This document shows positions 19,970 to 28,586 of a DNA stretch of 64,000 nt, one piece after another. The number at the start of each line of letters is the position of its first letter. Position 1 is the stretch's first letter. This DNA comes from Candidatus Staskawiczbacteria bacterium (GTDB taxonomy: Bacteria; Patescibacteriota; Minisyncoccia; Minisyncoccales; Staskawiczbacteraceae). The position numbers and the translations under genes are program-made. The DNA is taken from positions 147,877 through 211,876 of the forward strand of contig JBAZUH010000001.1 of assembly GCA_041661545.1 (NCBI GenBank), in the 5' to 3' direction. The notes under the pieces are model-generated. The model had not been told where the DNA came from and ran no database searches. It saw only the letters and a program-made list of their open reading frames with translations.

Positions 19970-20371
19970 ATGGCAATACAAGACCCAAGCGACCAAATAA
20001 AATCTCCTGAAAAAATTTCTGAACAACAGGAGCAAGTAGTTCCTTCTGAGCAGGAAGTAGTAAAAGCTCCAGAAAAAGGAAAAGTTTCAGAAGAGGATAA
20101 AATTATAGCAGCCGAATTAAGAAGAGAAATTGAAAAAATGGAATTAAACCCTGATTTGGCTAAAGAGGTAGAAGTGCAAAAAGAAAAATTAGAATATTTG
20201 GGCGAGCAAGGAAAAATTCAACACCTTCTAGAATTGGCTAAGGCAAAGGGTGGAAGAGAAGGACTTGTTTTTGCCGTACAAACTGCAAAAACAATGAACG
20301 AACCATATTTATTAGATCTTTTGCATGATGTTCTAGTGAGTGAGGGCTTATATCAAAAATTAGAAAAATAA
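19970..20371 (+). CDS. hypothetical acidic/coiled-coil protein
   Basis: 133-aa ORF tightly packed between neighbours; E/K-rich. Confidence 0.4.
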   Translation: MAIQDPSDQIKSPEKISEQQEQVVPSEQEVVKAPEKGKVSEEDKIIAAELRREIEKMELNPDLAKEVEVQKEKLEYLGEQGKIQHLLELAKAKGGREGLVFAVQTAKTMNEPYLLDLLHDVLVSEGLYQKLEK

Positions 20372-20372
20372 A

Positions 20373-22850
20373 ATGGCGATAATTATTTTTGGGCTTATTT
20401 TAGTTTTTTTATTAATTGTTTTAGCTTTTATAATAGTTTTAAATGCTGAAACAAGCGAAAAAAATTCTGTCTTTGGTGGACTAGATATGGTTCTTTTTTT
20501 AGTTATGATGCCAAAGCATACTCCGCAAAAAGAAGGAGAAGTTAAAAAAGAAGAAAAACTATTAATAGCTCAAATGGAGCAAGTTTTTGCGAATTTTTTG
20601 TATTTGAAAAAAACAAAAATGTTTCAAACGCCACCTTCTTGTGCGTTTGAGATTGCTTCACAGATAGGTGGTTCAGATATATCTTTTTATGTGGCTGTTC
20701 CTAAATATTTAGAGTCTGTTTTTGAAAAATATGTTCAAGGAGTTTATCCTAACGCAGTAGTTGATAAAGTGCCTCAAGATTATACAATTTTTGAGCCACA
20801 GGGGGCAACAGCTGGAGCTTACTTAAAACTTACAGAAAGTTCTCTTTTTCCAATAAGTACTTACCAAAATTTAGAAACCGATCCATTAGCCTTAGTAACA
20901 AATAATTTAAGCAAAATTGCAACAAATGAGGGCGCAGCTGTGCAGGTTTTAATAAGACCAGCATCTAAATCTAATTTAAGAAAAAGAGGGGAGAAGGCGC
21001 TAAAAAAAATTAGAGAAGGAAAGGCAGTTAATATGGCTGTTATTCAGGCCTCTCAAGGTCATGTCATGGAGGGTTTGCAAGACATGCTCGATACTTTGCA
21101 TGGAAAAAGTTTGCGCAAACAAGAAGAAGAGGCTGGAATAAAAGATAGAGAACAAACTTTTGATCAAAAAGGCTATGATGCTATTCAAAATAAAATTCAA
21201 AAACAACCATTTGAAGTTGATATAAGAGTTATTTCTTATGCTCAATCACAAAGTAGGGCAGAAGATATTTTGCGCCATTTAACTTCATCATTTAGTCAGT
21301 TTTCGTTGTCTGCCATAAATGGTTTAGAAGTTAAAGAAGTATATGGTAAAGAATTGCAAAAATTAGTTTATAATTATAGCTTTAGAAGTTTTGTAAAAAG
21401 AGAAGCAAACATTTTAAATTTAGAAGAGCTAGCTAGTATTTATCATTTTCCAACTCAATATATTGAAACTCCATATATTAAGGCTGCAAAATCTGCAAAT
21501 GCAGCACCACCAGATAATTTGCCAGCAACAGGAGATATATTAGTTGGAGCGGTTGATTATCGTAATGAAAAAAGAAATGTTTATTTTGGAAGCAAGGCTG
21601 ATAGAAGAAGACATTTTTATTATATTGGGCAAACTGGTACTGGAAAGTCGTATTTTTTAGAGGGTTTGGTTATGCAAGATATAAAAAATGGAGAAGGTGT
21701 AGCAGTAATTGACCCTCACGGAGATGTAGTTGAACATATTTTAGAATATATTCCAAAAGAACGCATAGATGATGTTGTAATTTTTGAACCTTTTGATTTA
21801 GAAAGGCCATGTGGTTTAAATATGTTAGAATATGATAGTCCAGAACAAAAAGATTTTGCAGTTCAGGAAATGATAGCAATTTTTATGAAGCTTTTTCCTC
21901 CCGAAATTATTGGTCCAATGTTTGAGCACTATATGAGAAACGCAATGTTAGCCTTAATGGCCGACAAAGATAACCCAGGAACTTTAGTTGAAATTCCTAA
22001 AATGTTTACTGATCCAGCTTTTTTACAACAACGTTTAGCAAAAGTTACAGATCCTGTGGTTAGATCTTTTTGGACAAAAGAATGGGCGCAAACAACAGGT
22101 TCTACAAGGTCTGATATGTTAGGATATGTAGTTTCAAAACTCGGCCGGTTTATTGAAAACGAAATGATGAGAAATATAATAGGACAATCTCATTCTGGTT
22201 TTGATTTAGCGCAAGTAATGGATGGCAAAAAAATATTTTTAGCTAATTTATCTAAAGGTTTAACGGGCGAAGTAAATAGCTCTTTGCTTGGTATGATTTT
22301 AGTTTCAAAAATGCAAATGGCAGCAATGAAACGAGCTAGAGTTACAGAAGACAAAAGAACAGATTTTTATTTATATATAGATGAGTTCCAAAATTTTACT
22401 ACCGATTCTATTTCTACAATTTTATCTGAAGCTAGAAAATATAAGCTTAATTTAATTATGGCTCACCAATATATGCCTCAACTTACAGATCAAATTAGAG
22501 ATGCGGTTTTGGGTAATGCGGGCGCAATAGGTGCATTTAGAATTGGAGCTGAAGACGCAGAAAAACTAGAAAAACAATTTCAACCAGGATTTTCAAGATT
22601 TGATTTGGTAAACTTAGATAACAGAACAATGATTTTGAAAATGCTAATTAATGAAAAGGTTTCTACTCCATTTAAAATGAATACTGTTTCACACGAAAAA
22701 GGTAGGCCAGAAATTGTAGAGCCAATTAAAAAAATATCAAAATTAAAATACTCAAGAGCAAGAGCAATAGTTGAAGAAGAAATTTCTCAGCGTTCATTTG
22801 TAACTTTGCCTCCAATGCCACTCCCTCCACCAATGCCTCCAGTGCGATAA
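20373..22850 (+). CDS. VirD4/TraD-like (type IV coupling protein-like) P-loop ATPase with N-terminal TM
   Basis: 825 aa; Walker A IGQTGTGKS, Walker B LYIDEFQNF, HQY...Q motif; proline-rich tail. Confidence 0.7.
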   Translation: MAIIIFGLILVFLLIVLAFIIVLNAETSEKNSVFGGLDMVLFLVMMPKHTPQKEGEVKKEEKLLIAQMEQVFANFLYLKKTKMFQTPPSCAFEIASQIGGSDISFYVAVPKYLESVFEKYVQGVYPNAVVDKVPQDYTIFEPQGATAGAYLKLTESSLFPISTYQNLETDPLALVTNNLSKIATNEGAAVQVLIRPASKSNLRKRGEKALKKIREGKAVNMAVIQASQGHVMEGLQDMLDTLHGKSLRKQEEEAGIKDREQTFDQKGYDAIQNKIQKQPFEVDIRVISYAQSQSRAEDILRHLTSSFSQFSLSAINGLEVKEVYGKELQKLVYNYSFRSFVKREANILNLEELASIYHFPTQYIETPYIKAAKSANAAPPDNLPATGDILVGAVDYRNEKRNVYFGSKADRRRHFYYIGQTGTGKSYFLEGLVMQDIKNGEGVAVIDPHGDVVEHILEYIPKERIDDVVIFEPFDLERPCGLNMLEYDSPEQKDFAVQEMIAIFMKLFPPEIIGPMFEHYMRNAMLALMADKDNPGTLVEIPKMFTDPAFLQQRLAKVTDPVVRSFWTKEWAQTTGSTRSDMLGYVVSKLGRFIENEMMRNIIGQSHSGFDLAQVMDGKKIFLANLSKGLTGEVNSSLLGMILVSKMQMAAMKRARVTEDKRTDFYLYIDEFQNFTTDSISTILSEARKYKLNLIMAHQYMPQLTDQIRDAVLGNAGAIGAFRIGAEDAEKLEKQFQPGFSRFDLVNLDNRTMILKMLINEKVSTPFKMNTVSHEKGRPEIVEPIKKISKLKYSRARAIVEEEISQRSFVTLPPMPLPPPMPPVR

Positions 22851-22860
22851 ATTAAAAATA

Positions 22861-22886
22861 AAAATAGGGGATAGCCCCTATTTTTT
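22861..22886 (+). terminator. intrinsic terminator after VirD4-like gene
   Basis: AAAATAGGGG-ATAG-CCCCTATTTTTT. Confidence 0.8.
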
Positions 22887-22997
22887 GTTTGGGCTTAACT
22901 ATTGACATAATATAATAAATGTTATAAAATCTAAATGCTGGACATTGACAATACAGATCGTTTAGAACACGGCCACCCCGTGTGCGATCACACATAA

Positions 22998-23624
22998 TTG
23001 AAAATGTCCCCACCGAATACCACCATGAAAACGTTCCAAAAACTCCGTCAGAAGATCCTCGGACAAAGCTGCCTGGGAAGCCTTTTGGTCATTGCCGTGT
23101 TCGCCGTGATGATCATCATGATTTGTGGCGTGCACTGGCCTACGACGGCACTTGCTGCTCAGACACCGCAATCCGTAGATATCAAGGCCAAGGAGTTGTT
23201 TCGGCCGACCGAGGCGATGTTTCACGTGCAGAATGAGGACATCGCCGTTACCGTGCTTCGGCCAATTCTCGATGAGTCCTCAACCAAGGACCACTTAGTC
23301 ATCGTCGGTTACAACCCGACGGTGGTTATCCCCGACTATATGGAGTTCGTCGGTACGCCCCAGTGTCACTGGGATGGTATTCACGAAAGTACGCGCTGGG
23401 CATACACCATTTATGTCCGGCATGGATCCACTGGTCGCCTGGCGACTCGCCAGATTAACCTCGCGGATTTCATGTCGGCCTACCCGGATGCGTTGGGATC
23501 CAAGCTTGTTCGTCTAGGCGTCATCTCCGGCAACAATTCCGTGGAGTTTACCACGATGCCCTTTAGCCGGATGAATCTTGATCAGGGGATGAACCCCTGG
23601 GATTTTGTCGAGACCGAGGAATAG
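22998..23624 (+). CDS. membrane-anchored hypothetical protein (GC-rich cassette I2)
   Basis: 208-aa GC-rich ORF. Start ambiguous (TTG 22998, ATG 23004 or 23025). One TM helix (LLVIAVFAVMIIMICGV), then a ~150-aa domain with no recognised family. Confidence 0.5.
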   Translation: MKMSPPNTTMKTFQKLRQKILGQSCLGSLLVIAVFAVMIIMICGVHWPTTALAAQTPQSVDIKAKELFRPTEAMFHVQNEDIAVTVLRPILDESSTKDHLVIVGYNPTVVIPDYMEFVGTPQCHWDGIHESTRWAYTIYVRHGSTGRLATRQINLADFMSAYPDALGSKLVRLGVISGNNSVEFTTMPFSRMNLDQGMNPWDFVETEE

Positions 23625-23705
23625 TCGGCTCTCCATTTTTCGCGTGTGATGTGTGTGTAAGGGTGGGGGTAGCTACTGATGCGTTTGTAGCGCCCCCACC
23701 CAAAA

Positions 23706-23756
23706 CCCCGTAGAAATTAATGGCTTGCTCCGTTTAATTTGCGGGGTTCTTTTTTT
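23706..23756 (+). terminator. intrinsic terminator of cassette I2
   Basis: CCCCG...AAATTAA-loop-TTAATTT...CGGGG, then TTC + 7 T; preceded by a separate strong hairpin at 23661-23701. Confidence 0.65.
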
Positions 23757-23796
23757 GTATAAAAAAACCGCCTTTCAGCGGGTTTTTATTTTTAAA

Positions 23797-24357
23797 TTAA
23801 ACTCTTTTTACGTATGTTCCGGTTTCGGTGTTAACTTCTATAATATCTCCTTCCTCTACAAATAACGGAACTTGTATTATAGCCCCAGATTCTAATATGG
23901 CCTCTTTGGTTCCGCCCTGAGCCCTATCTCCTTTAACTCCTGGGGCAGATTCTTTAACTTTTAGTTGAACTTTTATTGGTAGCTTAAAAGTAATAATTTT
24001 TTCATCAAAAAGAATTCCAGTTACAGTTTCATTTGGTCTTAAATATTTTGCTTGAGGCCCAATGTGGTCTTCTGTGAAAAAAAATCTTTTTGATGGATCA
24101 TTTATTTCACAAAAAAAGTATTGCCCTTTGCTTTGATATAAAAATTTAATATCTTTTTTTTCTAAATCAGCTTCATGAAAAACATCTCCCTGTTGAAAGT
24201 TTCTTTCTTGAACTCGGCCATCGATTAAGTTTTTTATTTTACTTTGGATAACAGGCCTTCTTTGAGCCATTTTCATCATAGAAGCTTCTAAAACTTCCCA
24301 TGGTTGACCCTCATCAATAAATTGTACTCCTGGTTTTAAATCTGTATGTGTAAGCAT
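23797..24357 (-). CDS. efp: translation elongation factor P
   Basis: 186 aa; canonical EF-P N-terminus and KOW/OB organisation (DLKPGVQFIDEGQPWEVLE...KMAQRRPVIQSKIKNL). Confidence 0.95.
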   Translation of the reverse strand: MLTHTDLKPGVQFIDEGQPWEVLEASMMKMAQRRPVIQSKIKNLIDGRVQERNFQQGDVFHEADLEKKDIKFLYQSKGQYFFCEINDPSKRFFFTEDHIGPQAKYLRPNETVTGILFDEKIITFKLPIKVQLKVKESAPGVKGDRAQGGTKEAILESGAIIQVPLFVEEGDIIEVNTETGTYVKRV

Positions 24358-24431
24358 CTAAGTTTATCAGGTTTATAAAGTCAAAAGTAGAAAGTATTTT
24401 TATAACTTTAAGAACTTTATAACTTTAAAAA

Positions 24432-25103
24432 CTATTCAGTTATTCTCCATTCTACGTCTTCTTTTTTACCAACATATTCTAGCCATTCACCATTTTTGAT
24501 AACAAACCATTTCTTTTTTGTTTCAGACCAAATCATTGGGTCACCTTTATAAAATGGTTTTTTAACTATTTCTTTTGGTTTTAAGCGGTCTAATTCAAGC
24601 CATTTTTTAAATACAGTTTCAATGGCATAGTCTAATTTTCTTGTATTTGCCCATTTTGAAACCGTAGTTATAGCCTCCTTGGCTTTTTCGGTTGAACCAG
24701 CCAATTCCAACAATTGTTTTGCTGGTTTAGTGAATCTAGAATAGATTATCTTTTTCTTTTTAGCATTATTTTTCAATTCTTGCAACCCAATGCCCTTGGT
24801 TTGAAAGTAGTGGGCAATAATGTTTTGTATAGCTGTTTCTTCTTTTAATTCTTCAAAATCTTTAATTTTTTGGCGTTTTATATACTCTTCAATTTTCTTA
24901 GCATTTTTTTCACCAATGCCTAAAGCCATAATAGCTTTCAAGCCATTTCCTTTATAAATATCCGCAACATCAACTTGTAGTGCATCTAAAATGCCGATAG
25001 CTTTTTTATAAGCTTTTATCTTAAAATTTAAAGCTTTGTCTCCCTTAAGTTCTAAAAGCTTTATAATCTCCCCAAAAATTTCCGTAATTTCTTTGTTTAT
25101 CAT
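24432..25103 (-). CDS. helix-hairpin-helix domain protein (PolX N-terminal-like), function unknown
   Basis: 223 aa; the N-terminal ~90 aa resemble the 8-kDa/HhH region of family X polymerases (FKIKAYKKAI...GIGEKNAKKIEEY); no polymerase domain. Confidence 0.5.
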   Translation of the reverse strand: MINKEITEIFGEIIKLLELKGDKALNFKIKAYKKAIGILDALQVDVADIYKGNGLKAIMALGIGEKNAKKIEEYIKRQKIKDFEELKEETAIQNIIAHYFQTKGIGLQELKNNAKKKKIIYSRFTKPAKQLLELAGSTEKAKEAITTVSKWANTRKLDYAIETVFKKWLELDRLKPKEIVKKPFYKGDPMIWSETKKKWFVIKNGEWLEYVGKKEDVEWRITE

Positions 25104-25141
25104 TATCGTATTTTACCACAGGCACAGGTTGGGGGGAACTC

Positions 25142-25169
25142 TTGACTAATTGGCATAACATGATATAAA
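25142..25169 (+). promoter_or_regulatory. sigma70-like promoter of cassette I3
   Basis: TTGACT (25142-25147), 16-nt spacer, TATAAA (25164-25169). Confidence 0.5.
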
Positions 25170-25205
25170 GAGTATGCAAAAGGAACTTCGTCCTTTCGTC
25201 GCCCA

Positions 25206-25448
25206 ATGGGCAAACGTAACCCGCAACTTGAAAATCAACAAATCATGAACTCAATTTTGGCCTATACACTCGTTGTCCGTTTCGACAGCCCCCCGTGGTT
25301 AGCAGTGGTGATGATTGCAGTAGCGCTGCTCGGCTTTGTGGCATCTCGCTTCAAAAGCGAGGCGGCCAAGTATGTGGTTGTCGTCACGTACCTACTTTCA
25401 GCCGTGCTTTTGGGGGTGGTGCTTTCCTCGCTGTCCATCACTCACTGA
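25206..25448 (+). CDS. small two-helix membrane protein (GC-rich cassette I3)
   Basis: 80-aa GC-rich ORF (alternative start 25245) with two hydrophobic helices; own promoter and terminator; no SD seen. Confidence 0.4.
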   Translation: MGKRNPQLENQQIMNSILAYTLVVRFDSPPWLAVVMIAVALLGFVASRFKSEAAKYVVVVTYLLSAVLLGVVLSSLSITH

Positions 25449-25468
25449 TTTTCATTCACGTGTTTTAT

Positions 25469-25505
25469 GCCCTTAGGTTCCTATACCTTTCGGGCTTCTT
25501 TTTTT
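25469..25505 (+). terminator. intrinsic terminator of cassette I3
   Basis: GCCC..AGG-loop-CCT..GGGC, then TTC + 7 T; ends nearly identical to the I5 terminator. Confidence 0.55.
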
Positions 25506-25526
25506 ATATGTATTTATATTTATATT

Positions 25527-25566
25527 CAGTTCATAATATACGCTATCGCGTGTTTATTGAACTTGG
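25527..25566. repeat. ~39-bp imperfect palindrome, left copy
   Basis: cAGTTCATAATATACGCTATCGCGTGTTTATTGAACTTGG; shares the core TACGCTATCGCGT and GTTCAT/ATGAAC-type ends with 26152-26190. Confidence 0.85.
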
Positions 25567-25591
25567 TTGAAGCTTGTGATATTGTTAAAAT

Positions 25592-26131
25592 ATGAACGAG
25601 ATTAAGGAAAAAATATTATTACTTTTGCTTGGTGGCATTGCTTTTGGCTACAGCATTACTCCTGGCAAGCAACGTATGGTGCTTAGGGAAATTTCTAGAG
25701 AATGGAATAAAATAAACAAGAGAGAGCTAAATGAAGGAATAAAATATTTATATAAAGTGGGGCTTATTGATAAAGATACCAAAGGTAATGGTTCCATATT
25801 TTTATCGCTGACAAAAAAGGGTAAATTAAAAGCGTTAAATTTTCAGCTCAACAATATTAAAAACAAAAAAGAAAAGTGGGACGGGAAATGGCGGATGGTA
25901 GCCTTTGATATACCCGAAAAATATAAAGGGGGAAGAGATGCCTTGCGACACAGGTTGAAGATTATAGGATTTTGCGAATTACAGAAGAGCGTCTTTATAA
26001 CTCCATATAATTGCATGAAAGAAATAAATTTTTTGGTTAATTATTTTAAATTAGATAAGTATGTCCGCTTCGGAATTTTAGAAACAATTGATAACGGTAG
26101 GTATTTTAAAAAAATATTTAAATTAGATTAA
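25592..26131 (+). CDS. PaaX-like regulator (winged-helix N-terminus + Cas2-like ferredoxin-fold domain)
   Basis: 179 aa; WDGKWRMVAFDIPEKYKGGRDALRHRLKIIGFCELQKSVFITP is typical of the PaaX-family middle domain. Confidence 0.6.
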   Translation: MNEIKEKILLLLLGGIAFGYSITPGKQRMVLREISREWNKINKRELNEGIKYLYKVGLIDKDTKGNGSIFLSLTKKGKLKALNFQLNNIKNKKEKWDGKWRMVAFDIPEKYKGGRDALRHRLKIIGFCELQKSVFITPYNCMKEINFLVNYFKLDKYVRFGILETIDNGRYFKKIFKLD

Positions 26132-26151
26132 ATATTCATTGGACTAGGTGT

Positions 26152-26190
26152 AAGTTCATATATTACGCTATCGCGTATTTTATGAACTGG
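26152..26190. repeat. ~39-bp imperfect palindrome, right copy
   Basis: aAGTTCATATATTACGCTATCGCGTATTTTATGAACTGG; about 32/39 identical to the left copy; arms pair 13/15. Confidence 0.85.
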
Positions 26191-26255
26191 TAAGGTGATG
26201 TGGTTGTTAGTAGTTTATAAATTATGAAATTATGGTAATATAAATGAAATAAAAT

Positions 26256-26828
26256 ATGGAAAAAAGACATAGAATTTTTATTGCTATAAATTTACCCAGT
26301 GATATTAAAAAACAGTTGTTTCTATATTCAGAAAAATGGTTAGATTTGCCCGCCAAATGGACGCCTAAAGATAATTTGCATATTACTTTAGAATTTTTGG
26401 GTGCTTTAACAGATCAAGAAATAGGAGAAATTTGTGTTGTTGTTAAAGAAGTTGCAGAAAGGCACGAAAGTTTTTCTGTAAATTTGAATAAAGTTTTATA
26501 TGGACCACCTAACAAAATGCCACCGAAAATGGTTTGGGCAGAGGGCGAAAAATCTAAAGAATTAGCAGAACTTAGGCAAGATTTAGAAAATTCTTTAGGC
26601 GAAAAAGTTGCTTTTGTACCAGAAAATAGGGCATTTGCTCCGCATATAACATTGGCTCGCATTAGCGCTATGGAGTTTAAATATATTGAGCCAGAAGAAA
26701 GGCCAGAAATAAACGAAAATATTGATTTAAGTTTTACAGTTGAATCAATTGAGGTTATGGAGTCTGAAATGAGAAAAGGCGGTCCTATTTATACAGTTTT
26801 AGAATCGCACGAGCTTGGTAATGGGTAA
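26256..26828 (+). CDS. thpR: RNA 2',3'-cyclic phosphodiesterase (ThpR/LigT, 2H family)
   Basis: 190 aa with two HxT/S motifs (HITLEFLG and HITLARI). Confidence 0.85.
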   Translation: MEKRHRIFIAINLPSDIKKQLFLYSEKWLDLPAKWTPKDNLHITLEFLGALTDQEIGEICVVVKEVAERHESFSVNLNKVLYGPPNKMPPKMVWAEGEKSKELAELRQDLENSLGEKVAFVPENRAFAPHITLARISAMEFKYIEPEERPEINENIDLSFTVESIEVMESEMRKGGPIYTVLESHELGNG

Positions 26829-26850
26829 TTAGTAATAGGTAACGGGTAAT
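26817..26850. repeat. GGTAAY-unit repeat arm (left)
   Basis: GGTAATGGGTAATTAGTAATAGGTAACGGGTAAT; inverted relative to 27224-27256. Confidence 0.75.
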
Positions 26851-26852
26851 AT

Positions 26853-27224
26853 ATGGAAAATAAAATTAAAAATTTTTATGAACTCGAAGCCTGGCAAGAG
26901 GGGCACAAGCTAGTTTTAGATATTTACAAAATTACAGCAGGATTTCCATTAGATGAAAGATTTGGAGTAATAAGTCAACTGAGACGAGCGTCAAGTTCTA
27001 TTACCGCTAATATAGCGGAAGGATTTGATAGATATCATTTTAATGATAAAATAAGATTTTATTATCAGTCTCGCGGATCTGTTGGTGAAGTCCAAAATTT
27101 TATGATGTTGTCTTGTGATTTAAAATTTATTGATGGCCAAATTTTAGATGAAATAATGGAGAAGTGTAATATTGTACGGAGATTAATTAATGGTCTAATA
27201 AGATCTATAGAAAATCAAAAATAA
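26853..27224 (+). CDS. four-helix-bundle protein (23S rRNA intervening-sequence protein family)
   Basis: 123 aa; LEAWQ...QLRRASSSITANIAEG...YYQSRGSVGEV signature of this family. Confidence 0.85.
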   Translation: MENKIKNFYELEAWQEGHKLVLDIYKITAGFPLDERFGVISQLRRASSSITANIAEGFDRYHFNDKIRFYYQSRGSVGEVQNFMMLSCDLKFIDGQILDEIMEKCNIVRRLINGLIRSIENQK

Positions 27225-27256
27225 TTACCGGTTACTCGTTACTGTTTACCGGTTAC
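27224..27256. repeat. GGTAAY-unit repeat arm (right, inverted)
   Basis: ATTACCGGTTACTCGTTACTGTTTACCGGTTAC is the reverse-complement style of the left arm. Confidence 0.75.
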
Positions 27257-27262
27257 AAAGTT

Positions 27263-28585
27263 ATGAAGATACATTTAATTGGAATTGGGGGAATAGGGGT
27301 TAGTGCAATAGCACAATATTATTTATCAAAAGGCTATCAAGTTAGCGGTTCTGATTTAGTTAAGTCAGAAATTACAGATTTTTTAAAGAAAAAAGGCATA
27401 AAAATTATCATTGGTAATTCAGAAAAAAACATAAAAAAGGATATAGATTTAGTTGTTTATAGTCCAGCAGTTAAGAAAAATAGCCCAGAATTATTGAAAG
27501 CTAAAAATTATAATATAAAAGCTATGAGCTATCCTAAAGCTTTGGGTGAATTAACTAAAGAATATTATACAATTGCGGTGGCCGGAGCACATGGTAAAAG
27601 CACAACTGCATCAATGATTGCTTTAACAATGATTAAAGCCAAGCTAGACCCAACTGTTATTGTTGGCACAAAATTAAAAGAGTTTGGTGGTTCTAATTTT
27701 AGAGCTGGTAAGTCAAAATTTTTAGTAATTGAGGCCTGTGAATATGATTCTTCGTTTTTACAATATTTTCCTAATATAGCAGTAGTAACAAATGTAGATA
27801 AAGAGCATTTGGATTTTTTTAAAACACTTGCCAATGTCAAAAAAGCATTTAAAAGTTTTATATTAAAAACCGACAAAGACGGTTATTTTGTTTTTAATTT
27901 AGATAATAAATATATTCCTAAAATTAAAAATCCTAAATTTAAAGTTTTGCCATTTTCTATAAAGCAAAAAGAGGTTTTTCAATTAAGTAAAATTTTAAAT
28001 GTTCCTGGTAAGCATAATATTTACAATGCACTTGCCACTATAGCTGTGGCAAAAATTTTAGGTATTCCTAGCACAGTATATTTCAAAGCACTGGGCCAAT
28101 TTAAAGGAACGTGGAGAAGGTTTGAATCAAAACAAGCAGTTGTCGGCAACCCGCCTTCGTCAAAGACTTCGGCGAGGCAAAGAAAGATAATAATAATTTC
28201 TGATTATGCCCATCACCCTAATGAAGTTTCGGCAACTTTGCAGGCTACTAGAGAAAAATATCCAGATAAAAAAATTTGGTGCATTTTTCAACCACACCAG
28301 CACCAAAGAACTCATTATCTATTTAATGATTTTGTTAAAATTTTTAGAAAAATGCCAATAAATGGAATTGTTATTACAGATATATACGATGTTGCAGGCA
28401 GAGAAACAAAAACCATAAACTCTGAAGTTAGTTCTGAAAAATTAGTTAAAAAAATAAATAAAAAAGACGTATTTTATTGTGCGACAAAGAATCTTGAAAA
28501 AGAAATTATAAATAATATAGGCAATAATGATGTGTTAATAATAATGGGTGCAGGAGATATATATAAATTATTTGATAAATTTTAG
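27263..28585 (+). CDS. murC: UDP-N-acetylmuramate--L-alanine ligase MurC
   Basis: 440 aa; IGIGGIGVSAIA Rossmann start, P-loop AGAHGKSTT, DYAHHP. Contains a GC-rich patch encoding NPPSSKTSARQRK at about 28148-28190. Confidence 0.9.
   Translation: MKIHLIGIGGIGVSAIAQYYLSKGYQVSGSDLVKSEITDFLKKKGIKIIIGNSEKNIKKDIDLVVYSPAVKKNSPELLKAKNYNIKAMSYPKALGELTKEYYTIAVAGAHGKSTTASMIALTMIKAKLDPTVIVGTKLKEFGGSNFRAGKSKFLVIEACEYDSSFLQYFPNIAVVTNVDKEHLDFFKTLANVKKAFKSFILKTDKDGYFVFNLDNKYIPKIKNPKFKVLPFSIKQKEVFQLSKILNVPGKHNIYNALATIAVAKILGIPSTVYFKALGQFKGTWRRFESKQAVVGNPPSSKTSARQRKIIIISDYAHHPNEVSATLQATREKYPDKKIWCIFQPHQHQRTHYLFNDFVKIFRKMPINGIVITDIYDVAGRETKTINSEVSSEKLVKKINKKDVFYCATKNLEKEIINNIGNNDVLIIMGAGDIYKLFDKF
28476..28485 (+). 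repeat. ATTGTGCGAC polar motif copy 2
   Basis: Exact 10-mer inside murC, in a different reading frame from copies 1, 3 and 9. Confidence 0.9.
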
Positions 28586-28586
28586 T

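Noticed and set aside
22962-23236. ORFs 22962-23225 (-) and 22982-23236 (+) overlapping the start of the I2 gene
   Set aside because: They overlap the longer 208-aa frame, which has a coherent TM + domain architecture. They have no independent signals.
25295-25570. 91-aa ORF overlapping the I3 membrane-protein gene and running through its terminator
   Set aside because: It reads through the hairpin/T-run and the palindromic repeat, its translation is implausible, and the 80-aa frame fits the promoter-terminator unit better.
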